Source of the DNA: an uncultured Nitrososphaerota archaeon
GTDB taxonomy: Archaea > Korarchaeota > Korarchaeia > Korarchaeales > Korarchaeaceae
Assembly (NCBI GenBank): GCA_964618805.1
Contig: CAZUBM010000001.1
Location: 32,001-96,000, forward strand
DNA length: 64,000 bases
Direction of reading: 5' to 3'
How positions within the stretch are numbered: position 1 is the stretch's first letter; every line of letters begins with the position of its first letter. Below the pieces are notes generated by a model. The model was not told the origin of the DNA. It did no database searches and worked only from the letters and a program-made list of their open reading frames with translations. Positions 1-9,546 of the stretch are shown here, piece after piece. The translations under genes and the position numbers were made by a program.

Positions 1-690
1 ATACACATCTGGTAGCCATCCATGGAATGGAAATACCCCTAGTTTGAACCCAAAAGAGGCTATGAGGAGTATAAACCCAACGAAGAGTATTCTTATCTCT
101 GCGACCCCAGGATCTAGGTTAAACATAAGCCGACTAGTACCCGCTAATCCCAAGACGAGCGCTAGTCCATACACCAACAGTGAGGATGATGCAGCACCCA
201 TAATTCCGTATTTAGCTGCTCCTTCTACAGAACTCAAATCTTTCTTAATCCCAGCTAGCACATATGAAGCTACTGCAACTAAGGCCCATGCTCCTAGGAG
301 GACGGAGGCATCGTTTACAAAAAGCATTATGTAAACTCCGGCAAGGGCCAGCATCATTAGTGAATATGAGCTTAGAGCTGTCGTCCAGTTAATTATCTGT
401 GCTGAGGATGCTATGGCTACTAAGAGAGCCCCTAGGGTAACGAGCAAGGCTAAGTAAGCAGAATAGGAGTCTAATCGCAGGGAATCGTTGAAAGCAAAGA
501 TAGGCTCTTGGAAACGAGAAAGTTCTGATGTAAGGAGAGCTGATACGATTAGAGTTATGAGAAGACAGCAAACGCACACATAGAACCCAAATCTCCTAAA
601 TCTTCTTTTCTGATCAAAAAGAGGAAGGATAAGCCCTGGAACCACTAGCAGAATCAAAATTCCTTTAAGAAGTAGGATTGGATCATTCAT
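1..690 (-). CDS. nuoN: Complex I-like subunit N (antiporter-like), 3' end beyond window start
   Basis: Not in the ORF track. Manual translation from ATG at 690 gives MNDPILLLKGILILLVVPG...SVEGAAKYGIMGAASS...GFKLGVFPFHGWLPDVY, which carries the NuoN EAxxKY and FKxxxxPFHxWxPDVY motifs. It lies directly downstream of nuoL. Confidence 0.9.
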   Translation of the reverse strand, partial: MNDPILLLKGILILLVVPGLILPLFDQKRRFRRFGFYVCVCCLLITLIVSALLTSELSRFQEPIFAFNDSLRLDSYSAYLALLVTLGALLVAIASSAQIINWTTALSSYSLMMLALAGVYIMLFVNDASVLLGAWALVAVASYVLAGIKKDLSSVEGAAKYGIMGAASSSLLVYGLALVLGLAGTSRLMFNLDPGVAEIRILFVGFILLIASFGFKLGVFPFHGWLPDVY

Positions 691-694
691 GGTC

Positions 695-2905
695 TTACAC
701 CAACCATATAAGCAAGTATGCTAGAATTCCCAACCCTGCAAAGAATATGATGAGGTAATGGTTTACGATCCCCGTTTGAAGCCTCCTTAATTCTCCTCCT
801 ATTTCCTTCAAAAGCCCTACGAATCCTTTGTGATATCCATCATCGATGACGTCGGTCTCTATATATCTGAACCCTAATGCGCTGGATATATCTGTAATTC
901 TTGGAATGAACCTATGATAGAAACCATCTATGAGCAAAGTATCAAACCATTTAGATCCAAACGCGCTGGATATATCTGTAATTCTTGGAATGAACCTATG
1001 ATAGAAACCATCTATGAGCAAAGTATCAAACCATTTAGATCCAAACCTGGATAACCAGGCAAAGCCGTTAACAATCACTTTGTAATAGATTGAATTAATG
1101 TACCACCTGTCATAAAGCAAGGACTGGAGAGCTGGCAGGCTTCTAGATCTAGAAATCACTAAGAGCAAATTACTTCCTGTTTTTGTAAGATATGAGAAGA
1201 TTCCCGTTCCTATGCCCAAAAACACCATTGTTAGAGAAATTAATAGCAAAGTTGGATCAATGTGCACTTCAAAGTGGGTTGGGACCTCCTCCAGTGCGAG
1301 AATATTTCCTGTCAAAGCTTCATAGAATTTTGGTCCAATAATCGGCCACAATATGCCTAGAAGAAGTGAAACTAAGGCTAGAAGAAGGTACGGACAAGAC
1401 ATAATCGGATGAGCTTTGTGAAGTTTGTGTTCTTCTTCTAAATGCTCCACATTATGGGATTTCGTGCCCAAGAACGCTTTGATTATAAGCCTAATTGAAT
1501 AAAAGGCTGTCAATGCAGCGGTGATAACTCCTGAAGCAAATGCAATTGAAAGTCCTGACTCCCTAGTAATTTCCATTACAAAATCCTTACTCCAAAAACC
1601 TATGAGGGGAGGCAACCCTGATAGACTCAGAGCAGCAATTAACATTGAGTAAAAGGTGATTTTCATGTGATCTGAGAGTCCTCCCATATCATCTATGTAC
1701 TTAGAATGAACTGCATGAATTACAGCTCCAGCACCAAGGAAGAGGGCAGCCTTAAAGATAGCATGGCTCATGAAGTGACTAAAGCCAGCCAACATACCAC
1801 TTGCAAACTCTTTAACAAGGCCGGAACACCCAAGAACCATTACCATATAGCCTAACTGTGATGCCGTTGAAAAAGCAAGTATCAACTTCATTTCTCTGGC
1901 TACAAGCGCCTGAGTAGCCATGAAAAATGCCGTAAAACCACCCACCATCGCAATTATTGTGAAGTATGTTCCTATGGCTGCTGAGGCCTTCGGCATTGAG
2001 CCTAATAATTCGTGAGAGGCTAATACGAATATGGGAGAAAATCTGAGAAGGAAGTATACTCCTGCCTTCACCATAGTTGCAGCATGTATGAGGGCACTAA
2101 CCGGAGTTGGACCCGTCATTGCAGTAACAAGCCATTCGTGAAACGGGAACTGAGCACTCTTAGCCAACGCTCCTAGAGAGAAAGCTAGAAGAAATGGCAA
2201 GAGCAAATCCTTTGAAGCCAATAAGCCGGCCCACTCCGAAGAACGTTCTGCAATTTCTGGGATACTGAATGTCCCAGTAAGGGCATAGAGAACACCTATG
2301 CCCACCAGAAAACCAACATCTCCTAATCTAGTAAATACTAGGGCTCTTAAACCGCTGTGGCTTGGAGTGAAGTACATGGGGATCCCAAGAGCAGTTCTTC
2401 CAGGATCTCCCACCCATCTTTCCTCTTCATCGGTGTACCAATGACCAATTAAAGCATAGGAAGCAAGCCCAGTTCCCTCCCATCCAAGGAACATTAACAG
2501 AAGGTTATCTGCTAATATTAGGAGTAGCATACTTCCTACAAAGAAATCAAAGAAGAACCAATACCTAGTAAGTCCCGGATCTTCCTCCATGTACTTGAGA
2601 CTATAAACTCCTATGAGGAAGCTAAGCCAAGCTACCACAAGAGCCATGAACGCGGAGAGCGTATCGACGTAGACTCCAATATCAATGCCGAGCTCTGAAA
2701 TCCAAGGAACAGAGAAAGCTATAACCTTCTCAGTGGATGTTAGGACTTCTCGAAGTAATAAGGTCATACAAATCGCAGATACTCCAAGTAAGGAGGCAGC
2801 CAAGTATTCTCTAATCTTGCCTAATCTTGAAAGAATTAATGACAGCAAAGCCCCGAAATATGGGAGAATCCAAGTCACGACTGCCAAGGCCTGTGCTAAC
2901 TCCAT
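695..2905 (-). CDS. nuoL: Complex I-like subunit L with extended C-terminal lateral helix
   Basis: Motifs GWEGTG, KSAQFPFHEWL, PTPVSALIHAATMVKAG, STASQLGY, HAIFKAALF and C-terminal LQTG. Confidence 0.95.
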   Translation of the reverse strand: MELAQALAVVTWILPYFGALLSLILSRLGKIREYLAASLLGVSAICMTLLLREVLTSTEKVIAFSVPWISELGIDIGVYVDTLSAFMALVVAWLSFLIGVYSLKYMEEDPGLTRYWFFFDFFVGSMLLLILADNLLLMFLGWEGTGLASYALIGHWYTDEEERWVGDPGRTALGIPMYFTPSHSGLRALVFTRLGDVGFLVGIGVLYALTGTFSIPEIAERSSEWAGLLASKDLLLPFLLAFSLGALAKSAQFPFHEWLVTAMTGPTPVSALIHAATMVKAGVYFLLRFSPIFVLASHELLGSMPKASAAIGTYFTIIAMVGGFTAFFMATQALVAREMKLILAFSTASQLGYMVMVLGCSGLVKEFASGMLAGFSHFMSHAIFKAALFLGAGAVIHAVHSKYIDDMGGLSDHMKITFYSMLIAALSLSGLPPLIGFWSKDFVMEITRESGLSIAFASGVITAALTAFYSIRLIIKAFLGTKSHNVEHLEEEHKLHKAHPIMSCPYLLLALVSLLLGILWPIIGPKFYEALTGNILALEEVPTHFEVHIDPTLLLISLTMVFLGIGTGIFSYLTKTGSNLLLVISRSRSLPALQSLLYDRWYINSIYYKVIVNGFAWLSRFGSKWFDTLLIDGFYHRFIPRITDISSAFGSKWFDTLLIDGFYHRFIPRITDISSALGFRYIETDVIDDGYHKGFVGLLKEIGGELRRLQTGIVNHYLIIFFAGLGILAYLLIWLV
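879..1046. repeat. Perfect 84-bp direct tandem repeat (2 copies) inside nuoL
   Basis: 879-962 and 963-1046 are identical and encode FGSKWFDTLLIDGFYHRFIPRITDISSA twice, in frame. Confidence 0.97.
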
Positions 2906-2920
2906 GAGGATGTCATCACC

Positions 2921-4468
2921 TCATCCCAAGAGGGAATTCAGGACCGATACTAAGGGATTTATCAATATGCTTGGCCAGATGAACAAGAGTACGCCCGCTG
3001 CTGCTACTATAATCATAGGAGCTAAAAGACCAAATCCTGCTTCCTTGGCTTTCGTAGTAGCTTCAGAGAGCTGTCCGAAGAAGATCCTTTTCATAGTCAG
3101 AAATGCATATGCTGTTGACAGTCCAATTCCAACAAGAAGCGCTGCCAGCAATCCTACAAAGGCAACAACACTTTTGCCTAGAATGCTACCAGCTGCTCCA
3201 CTTATAATGAGAATTTCGCTCCACAAGCCTAGCGATGGAGGAATTCCAGTGATATGCATAAAGCCTATGAGAGCTAGAGAGGCTGTAAGAGGCATCTTTG
3301 TGGCTATTCCTCCCATTTTGCTTATGCTTCTTAATCCATGCAATTGAACGATTAAGACGCCTGCAGTAGCGAATAGAAGGGCCTTCCCAACGGCATGAGC
3401 AGCATAGTGTATCATGGCTCCAGCTATTCCCGCAGTTGTGAGCGTTGAAATTCCTAATAGAAGATATCCCATCTGGGATATGCTAGAGTAAGCGAGAAGT
3501 CTCTTGAAATCATCCTGAGCTAACGCCATAAGCCCGCCATATATTATTGTTACAAGCGCTAGCGGAAGCATATAGATTGATAAATTGGAGAACTCATTTG
3601 GAAATAGGATGTAAGCAATTCTGATAAGTGCATAGCCAGCTATTCCAATAAGGTTAGGAGAAAGCAAGGCCGAGACTGGAGTAGGCGCCTCTGCATGCGC
3701 ATAGGGAAGCCATATGTGAACTCCAAATACTGCCATCTTCACAAAGAACCCTAATATCATCGCTATGGTAACTGGAAGCCTTAGAGTAGGCGACACAGCA
3801 CTTCCTAGGTTCAAGTTTGGTTGCAAAGCGATTGGGTCATAAAAATCGAATGTGCCTGCGCTAAGACCTACAACCAAAGATCCTATCAAGAAGACGAGGG
3901 CTCCTACATGCGTCCATATCAGATACATCAGCGATATCCTTTCCCTATTTCCATATCCGTAAAATGCGATGAGTAGAAAGCTGGGCAGAAGAGAGAGTTC
4001 TAGAAACAGGTAAAACTCTACGAGATTTGTTGAGAGAACCGTTCCCATCATAGCAACCGAAAACATAACGTAAAGCATGTAATAAGTACCCCAGCTAGGA
4101 GCAGAAACCCCTTCTTTCTCCATCTCCTCGAATCTGTGTTCCATGTACGGTAGTGAGTAAGCCGCTATCAATGTAGTAACCAATCCTATCGATATCGTCA
4201 GTGGAGCACTTAGAGGATCCAATAAGGCGCTAAAGGATCCTAAAGAATCGCTTTGGAAGAATACTGGATCAACTATAGGTTCGCTTAGGCCTGTCTTGAA
4301 GATTAAGAATGAAATTAGGGCCAATGGATACAACAGCAGGATGAAGGCTATTGCGGCTATGGACTTCTTTCCTAAGCCCCTCCCTAAAAATGGAAGGAGC
4401 ACTGACAAAACTATAGGCACGATCACTCCTGATATCAAAATAGGACTACTCAATATCATACCATTCAC
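2921..4468 (-). CDS. nuoM: Complex I-like subunit M
   Basis: Motifs FYLFLE, KMAVFGVHIWLPYAHAEAPTPVS, KRLLAYSSISQMG. Confidence 0.93.
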   Translation of the reverse strand: MNGMILSSPILISGVIVPIVLSVLLPFLGRGLGKKSIAAIAFILLLYPLALISFLIFKTGLSEPIVDPVFFQSDSLGSFSALLDPLSAPLTISIGLVTTLIAAYSLPYMEHRFEEMEKEGVSAPSWGTYYMLYVMFSVAMMGTVLSTNLVEFYLFLELSLLPSFLLIAFYGYGNRERISLMYLIWTHVGALVFLIGSLVVGLSAGTFDFYDPIALQPNLNLGSAVSPTLRLPVTIAMILGFFVKMAVFGVHIWLPYAHAEAPTPVSALLSPNLIGIAGYALIRIAYILFPNEFSNLSIYMLPLALVTIIYGGLMALAQDDFKRLLAYSSISQMGYLLLGISTLTTAGIAGAMIHYAAHAVGKALLFATAGVLIVQLHGLRSISKMGGIATKMPLTASLALIGFMHITGIPPSLGLWSEILIISGAAGSILGKSVVAFVGLLAALLVGIGLSTAYAFLTMKRIFFGQLSEATTKAKEAGFGLLAPMIIVAAAGVLLFIWPSILINPLVSVLNSLLG

Positions 4469-4776
4469 CCCCTTAACTCCCTCAATTTGTAGACATCCAA
4501 GCTCTCTCTAACTCTGAACATCAGTATAGCCACTGAAACTATCACTCCAACTTCTGCAGCGGCGAGAGATATTGCTAAGAGAGCTAAAGCTCCACCAGAT
4601 GGTCCAAAGGCCTTTGAAATGGAAGCTACACTTAATAGAGCTAGCAGAGCAGCGTTAAAGATCACTTCTGCGGATAAAAGCATCCTTATAAGACTTCTCC
4701 TAGTAAGTAGGCCATAGAGACCAATACAAAACATAACTATCGATGTTAGCAAGAACCAATACACCGTTATCGTCAT
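4465..4776 (-). CDS. nuoK: Complex I-like subunit K
   Basis: 103 aa with three hydrophobic segments, IGLYGLLTRR, conserved Glu in LSAEV and AAAEVG. Confidence 0.92.
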   Translation of the reverse strand: MTITVYWFLLTSIVMFCIGLYGLLTRRSLIRMLLSAEVIFNAALLALLSVASISKAFGPSGGALALLAISLAAAEVGVIVSVAILMFRVRESLDVYKLRELRG

Positions 4777-5270
4777 GACTCAGACACCTCCTTTCTAGCA
4801 AGAGTAATGGCTTCTATCATAGTAGTAGCCAGTGCAAGGGCCGAAACTATGAGTGCAAAGCTATATTTGTTTAGCAAAACATCAGAAATATCCATCAAGC
4901 TGATTACGCCTCCAGCAGATTGGGACTTTAGCAAAGGCAAAAATCCCACTGAAAACAAAAATAAGACTTCGAGGGCCGCAATTAATGCGATGCCTCTTGC
5001 AACAGGCTCAACAAGAGGAGCCTCTCTGAGCATTACTACGGAGAACAAAATGAACGTAACTGCTGCTCCTACGTAAACTACTAAGTGGAAGAGTGAAACT
5101 ATTGGGTAACCAAGCAAGACGAAAAGAGCAGCATTTGATGTCCCTAGTAAGGCTAGGAAGAATGAAGCATAAACAATAGATTTATGCTCTACTACTAGGA
5201 GCGCAGAGATAAGCGCTCCTCCTGATGCCAGAAAGAAAACTATTAAGTATGGATCAATCTGCAGGTTCAT
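4773..5270 (-). CDS. nuoJ: Complex I-like subunit J
   Basis: Hydrophobic protein with the VYVGA motif; operon position. Confidence 0.9.
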   Translation of the reverse strand: MNLQIDPYLIVFFLASGGALISALLVVEHKSIVYASFFLALLGTSNAALFVLLGYPIVSLFHLVVYVGAAVTFILFSVVMLREAPLVEPVARGIALIAALEVLFLFSVGFLPLLKSQSAGGVISLMDISDVLLNKYSFALIVSALALATTMIEAITLARKEVSES

Positions 5271-5763
5271 ATATTATCCCCCTCCTTAGATCCATCTTGG
5301 ACCTCACCAGTTTGGGAGGTCTCTCGTATTCAACCACAGGTGGACCTTTTTCGAAATCCTTTGGTTTAAATAATTGGGCTTCGAAGGAATCGAAGGCTAC
5401 ATCATGAATGCCAACATGTTCCAATGCTCCTGTTGGACAAATATCAACGCAAAAACCGCAAAAGATGCAACGCGTGTAGTTGATACCAGGACGTCTTTTT
5501 ACCTTAGCTTTGCCCTCTGAAGTTTGAGATTCTCCCTCTAAGTACATTTTCATTGCATTTGCTGGACATATTTGAGCGCATAGCCCGCAACTGATGCAGA
5601 TCTCCTTATGATATTTAATCATCCCTCTATATCCATCAGGAAGCTTCATAACCTCTTCTGGATACCTTACAGTCATTCTGGGAAGAAATAGATACTTGAT
5701 CCCCGTCCCTATAGCTCTAAGGTGATCAAATAACTTAATTGCTGATGAAGGTCTTTCGGTCAT
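5254..5763 (-). CDS. nuoI: Complex I-like subunit I (2x[4Fe-4S])
   Basis: CISCGLCAQICP and CIFCGFCVDICP, TVRYPEE...YRG. I moved the start to ATG 5763, which overlaps the nuoH stop (ATGA). Confidence 0.93.
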   Translation of the reverse strand: MTERPSSAIKLFDHLRAIGTGIKYLFLPRMTVRYPEEVMKLPDGYRGMIKYHKEICISCGLCAQICPANAMKMYLEGESQTSEGKAKVKRRPGINYTRCIFCGFCVDICPTGALEHVGIHDVAFDSFEAQLFKPKDFEKGPPVVEYERPPKLVRSKMDLRRGIIYEPAD

Positions 5764-6791
5764 GATACCACCCCCCATAGGAGAAGGCCCAGAGAGAGAA
5801 ACACAGATCCTATGGACATTGGCAGAATTATGTGCCACCCCATTCTCAAAGCCTGATCTATCCTATAACGAGGATACACAGCCCTCATGAAAACCCCGAG
5901 AACCATTATAGCCAAGGATTTCAATAAGAGAATGACTCCAGGAGCTATTGGACTCCAACTGAGAAATTTAGGTACGGGCTTCCAACCACCAAGGAACATT
6001 ATAGAAAACAGGAGGCAAAGAACGTAGAATTTAACGTAAGAGGCCCCCATGGTGAGCCCGTAAAGGATTCCACTGTATTCAGTAAAAGGACCCATAACTA
6101 TCTCGCTCTCTGCTTCAACGATCTCGAATGGAAACCTTGAAGTGGACATTAGTGCAAGTATTAGGAATGTGATGGCAGCAATTGGGTTCAAGAATAGACC
6201 CCATTTCCATCCTACCTGAGACTCCACGATTTCGATAAGATCCATAGTCCCATAGAGGGCAGCCATTGAAAGTGCTGATATGAACAATGGAATCTCATAT
6301 GCCATGGTTAGATAACCCTCTCTTAATCCTCCTATGAGAGAAAACTTGTCGTTGCTTGCCCAACCAGTAATTAGAGTAATAGCTGGACCAAATGTCAGCA
6401 AACCAAGCGATATAAGGAGGCTTATGTCACTTCTAAAAGCGTAGAAGGATTTACTCACTGGAATGGCTACGGTCGGAATATATGAGGCGGCAAAAAGGAA
6501 TATTGGTCCTAGCATGAACGCAAGCTTATCTGCACTTTCTGGAATTATTGGTTCAGCAAACAGATACCTAAGGAGATCAGCTACTAACTGTATTGCTCCT
6601 CCTAGCTGCTTTAATACATAGAGAGGGCCATATCTAAGTTGAACTTTTGCGGCTAGCTTCCTCTCAAACCATATTATAAAGAGAATTACGATGAAGACTG
6701 TCACAAGTCCAGGGAATATTAGAGGTACAAATAGCCAGGGCGAGAACACTAGATTAATTATCCATTTCAATAAATCCATCAGGTTCATCAT
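5760..6791 (-). CDS. nuoH: Complex I-like subunit H
   Basis: ERKLAAKVQLRYGP, RFPFEIVEAESEIVMGPFTEYSG, PRYRIDQ. Confidence 0.95.
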   Translation of the reverse strand: MMNLMDLLKWIINLVFSPWLFVPLIFPGLVTVFIVILFIIWFERKLAAKVQLRYGPLYVLKQLGGAIQLVADLLRYLFAEPIIPESADKLAFMLGPIFLFAASYIPTVAIPVSKSFYAFRSDISLLISLGLLTFGPAITLITGWASNDKFSLIGGLREGYLTMAYEIPLFISALSMAALYGTMDLIEIVESQVGWKWGLFLNPIAAITFLILALMSTSRFPFEIVEAESEIVMGPFTEYSGILYGLTMGASYVKFYVLCLLFSIMFLGGWKPVPKFLSWSPIAPGVILLLKSLAIMVLGVFMRAVYPRYRIDQALRMGWHIILPMSIGSVFLSLGLLLWGVVS

Positions 6792-7954
6792 CGATCAGCC
6801 TCCGGTGGAAAATAATCTAAACTCCCATAGATTGCTGGGATGTCTGCAACCCTACACTCTCGTATTAAATGCTCAAACAGCACAACGTTTCTGAAGGAAG
6901 GGGTGACCATCCTAAACCTATATGGGGTAACGCTGCCATCACTTACTACGTAATATATTAGCTCTCCTCTAGCAGCCTCCACCCTTGAGAAAGCTTCTCC
7001 CTTTGGAGGTCTTAAATTAGCCATGATTGCTGGGAACTTCACTCTTCGCTTTGTCTCCATGAATTCCTTCCACTTTGGCGGTATCATCTTTAGATAATTC
7101 TCGCTAAGGATGGGTCCATCTGGAATCTGCTTAAGAGCCTGTCTGATGATCCTCATGCTTTGCTTTATCTCACCTATTCTAACTAGTAACCTTGCCATTG
7201 AGTCCCCTTCTTCTCTTACAACAACATCAAATTCTAGTTCAGGATAAGCGCAGTAAGGCTGAACCTTCCTGACATCATAAGGAACTCCAGATGCCCTCAG
7301 ATTTGGTCCTACAATCCCTAGCCTTATCGCATCCTCCTTCTTAAGTACTCCCACTCCCTCTAATCTCGCACGAGTAACAGGATTCCTAATGAATATTCTA
7401 TCATAATCCTCTAGCCTTCTCTCTAAATATCTTAGGGCTTTTTCCATCTCGTCTTCAAAACCCTGAGGCAGATCTCGCCTTACACCTCCTGGGATAATGT
7501 AAGAATAAGTTAATCTAGCACCCGTAAGCCATTGAGCCATTTCAATCATGATTTCCCTATCCGCAAAGCCCCACATGAAGACTGTGGAGGAGCCTAACAT
7601 GATCCCATGTATTCCTATTCCATAAAAATGACTGTGAATCCTATTCATCTCTGCAAGAATGGTCCTCAGATACTGTGCCCTTGGAGGGGCCTCCACTCCT
7701 AGAAGCTTTTCCAGCGCAAGCACGTAGCCTAGGTTGTGGTTAGCGGTATCTGCAAGGGAAGGCCTTTCAACTAAGGGTATTATCTGGATGTATTTCTTCG
7801 TCTCTGCAAGCTTCTCTACAGTTCGATGAACATATCCTATGTTTGGCTTGAGTCTAACCACCACATCCCCATCGACTTCAGCAACCAGCCTCATGTGGCC
7901 CGAAGACGGATGTTGAGGGCCTATTAGAAGCTCAATAATTCGCTCTTCACTCAA
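6788..7954 (-). CDS. nuoD: Complex I-like subunit D
   Basis: GPQHP, IGYVHRTVEK, EAARGE, C-terminal EADR. It has no NiFe-binding CxxC pairs, so it is not a group 4 hydrogenase large subunit. Confidence 0.93.
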   Translation of the reverse strand: MSEERIIELLIGPQHPSSGHMRLVAEVDGDVVVRLKPNIGYVHRTVEKLAETKKYIQIIPLVERPSLADTANHNLGYVLALEKLLGVEAPPRAQYLRTILAEMNRIHSHFYGIGIHGIMLGSSTVFMWGFADREIMIEMAQWLTGARLTYSYIIPGGVRRDLPQGFEDEMEKALRYLERRLEDYDRIFIRNPVTRARLEGVGVLKKEDAIRLGIVGPNLRASGVPYDVRKVQPYCAYPELEFDVVVREEGDSMARLLVRIGEIKQSMRIIRQALKQIPDGPILSENYLKMIPPKWKEFMETKRRVKFPAIMANLRPPKGEAFSRVEAARGELIYYVVSDGSVTPYRFRMVTPSFRNVVLFEHLIRECRVADIPAIYGSLDYFPPEADR

Positions 7955-8442
7955 GCCTGAATCCCCTCCGTTTTTACCTCGAATTCCTTCCTAAGAGGGG
8001 GAGGTCCCTCGTAATCATCCGGCAATAACAGCCTCTCAAGTTCCGGGTGTCCTTCAAAGACTATGCCAAGCATTTCGTACTCCTCTCTCTCCAGATATTT
8101 GGAACTTGGCCATATTTCGATAAGAGATGGTAAATGAGGCTCTTCGCTTGGTACTCTTGCTTTTAATACGACTATGACCTTTGCAAGATCCAGATTTCCG
8201 AGAGAGGAGATATGATAGACCACTTCTAACTCCTTTTGTTCGGGAAGGTCTATAGCCGTTACCGACTTGACGTGATCAAATCCTATTTCTTTTAGTTTTT
8301 TGGCCACCTCTAGAAGGTTATCTGGTTCTACTTGCACTGTAACTATTTCATCCTTAGTGCCTATTTCGGTAGAGAGTTCTCGTAGTGATTGGGAAATTTT
8401 TTCTATAATGCTCTCTAATCCAGCTTCAGACCTTGAGTCCAA
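7951..8442 (-). CDS. nuoC: Complex I-like subunit C
   Basis: EREEYEMLGIVFEGHPELERLLLP...PPLRK. Confidence 0.93.
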   Translation of the reverse strand: MDSRSEAGLESIIEKISQSLRELSTEIGTKDEIVTVQVEPDNLLEVAKKLKEIGFDHVKSVTAIDLPEQKELEVVYHISSLGNLDLAKVIVVLKARVPSEEPHLPSLIEIWPSSKYLEREEYEMLGIVFEGHPELERLLLPDDYEGPPPLRKEFEVKTEGIQA

Positions 8443-8950
8443 AAGCTTCTCCCTCCCTTATCCTCTTTTGTAACATAATGATCGATCTAGCAACGGCTTC
8501 TGGTCTTGGTGGGCATCCAGGGATAAATATCTCAACAGGTAGAATGTCCTTCGGTCTAACTATGTTGTAACTGTTCCAAAAGATTCCACCATCGATAGCG
8601 CAGGCACCCATTGCTATAACGAACTTCGGTTCAGGCATTTGCTCATATACCCATACGGCTGCTTTGGCCATCTTACGAGTTAAAGTCCCCTCTATGAGCA
8701 TGAGATTAGTTTGTCTAGGGGCTACAAAAGGAAGAAAGCCAAACCTCTCAACATCAAACCTTGGAGCAGAGGTAGCTGCAAACTCAGCTCCGCAACAAGC
8801 AGTAGTGAAGTGGACAGGCCATAAGGAGAAAGCTATTCCCCAATCCCTTAAGTTTCTAATAGGTGTCTTCTTTACCAACCACTGAGCTGCTCTCTTTGCA
8901 GATTCTTCCAGATTTCCGATTAACGTAACTCCTGCTATTCTGCAGACCAT
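8426..8950 (-). CDS. nuoB: Complex I-like subunit B (N2 cluster)
   Basis: TACCGAE tandem cysteines, MGACAIDGG, IPGCPPRPE. Confidence 0.95.
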   Translation of the reverse strand: MVCRIAGVTLIGNLEESAKRAAQWLVKKTPIRNLRDWGIAFSLWPVHFTTACCGAEFAATSAPRFDVERFGFLPFVAPRQTNLMLIEGTLTRKMAKAAVWVYEQMPEPKFVIAMGACAIDGGIFWNSYNIVRPKDILPVEIFIPGCPPRPEAVARSIIMLQKRIREGEAFGLKV

Positions 8951-9318
8951 AATTTCAACCTCCGAGCAGAATTAAGACCAAAAAGCAGGGGCGGGCTTAT
9001 AATACCGAGAATCGCTAGAAATAAGAACAAAACTCTATATGGGCTGTTATGAGCCTCCATCAGAAGCAGAAACGAGTAAATCATAACTGGTTCGACGGTC
9101 AGGAAAACAATTAAGTAAGGATAATATTGCATCATGAAAAGACCTCTTGCCCTTCCCCTAGGAGGATTTCCACACTCATATCTTAGCCGCTTTCTCTCTA
9201 AACTGCGTGATGGTGCCAGCAATCTTCCAAGAATAAATCCCAACATGCCTATACCAACTCCAATTGCTAGAGCTGCTGAGAACGTAAGCAAAATGCTCAT
9301 TCCTTGATTGTAAGGCAT
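8935..9318 (-). CDS. nuoA: Complex I-like subunit A
   Basis: YECGN loop and three hydrophobic segments; first gene of the operon. Confidence 0.92.
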   Translation of the reverse strand: MPYNQGMSILLTFSAALAIGVGIGMLGFILGRLLAPSRSLERKRLRYECGNPPRGRARGLFMMQYYPYLIVFLTVEPVMIYSFLLLMEAHNSPYRVLFLFLAILGIISPPLLFGLNSARRLKLWSAE

Positions 9319-9344
9319 TGACCGTCTCCCCTAAAGAGTCGATG

Positions 9345-9367
9345 AGATTTATTAAAAATTTTAACAT
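9345..9367 (-). promoter_or_regulatory. Candidate BRE/TATA promoter of the nuo operon
   Basis: Minus strand reads GTTAAAATTTTTAATAAA about 30-45 nt upstream of the nuoA ATG. Motif match only. Confidence 0.4.
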
Positions 9368-9546
9368 TCCCTAAATAGCGTTATGTGGGATAGTAAGATC
9401 TCGCAAAAGATCGGCTTTATTATAGGAAATCCATCCTTTTCAAGAATTAAATACTCAATGAAAAACACCTAAAGAGGCTCAATTGACAAGTCTTATCTAT
9501 TGTACTTTGTGCAATAAACTTAACAGACATTAGTATCCATTAAAGA

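Noticed and set aside
44-577. ORFs 44-334 (+) and 389-577 (-)
   Set aside because: They are antisense or off-frame to the nuoN reading frame that spans 1-690.
2685-3347. 220-aa plus-strand ORF and similar long antisense ORFs (e.g. 15115-15549, 57497-58120)
   Set aside because: They are shadows of well-supported genes on the opposite strand and have no recognisable motifs.
6788-8950. nuoBCD as a group 4 energy-converting hydrogenase, given the nearby hyp genes
   Set aside because: The D subunit has no N- or C-terminal CxxC nickel ligands, and the hyp genes are explained by the hydrogenase at 20355-23044.
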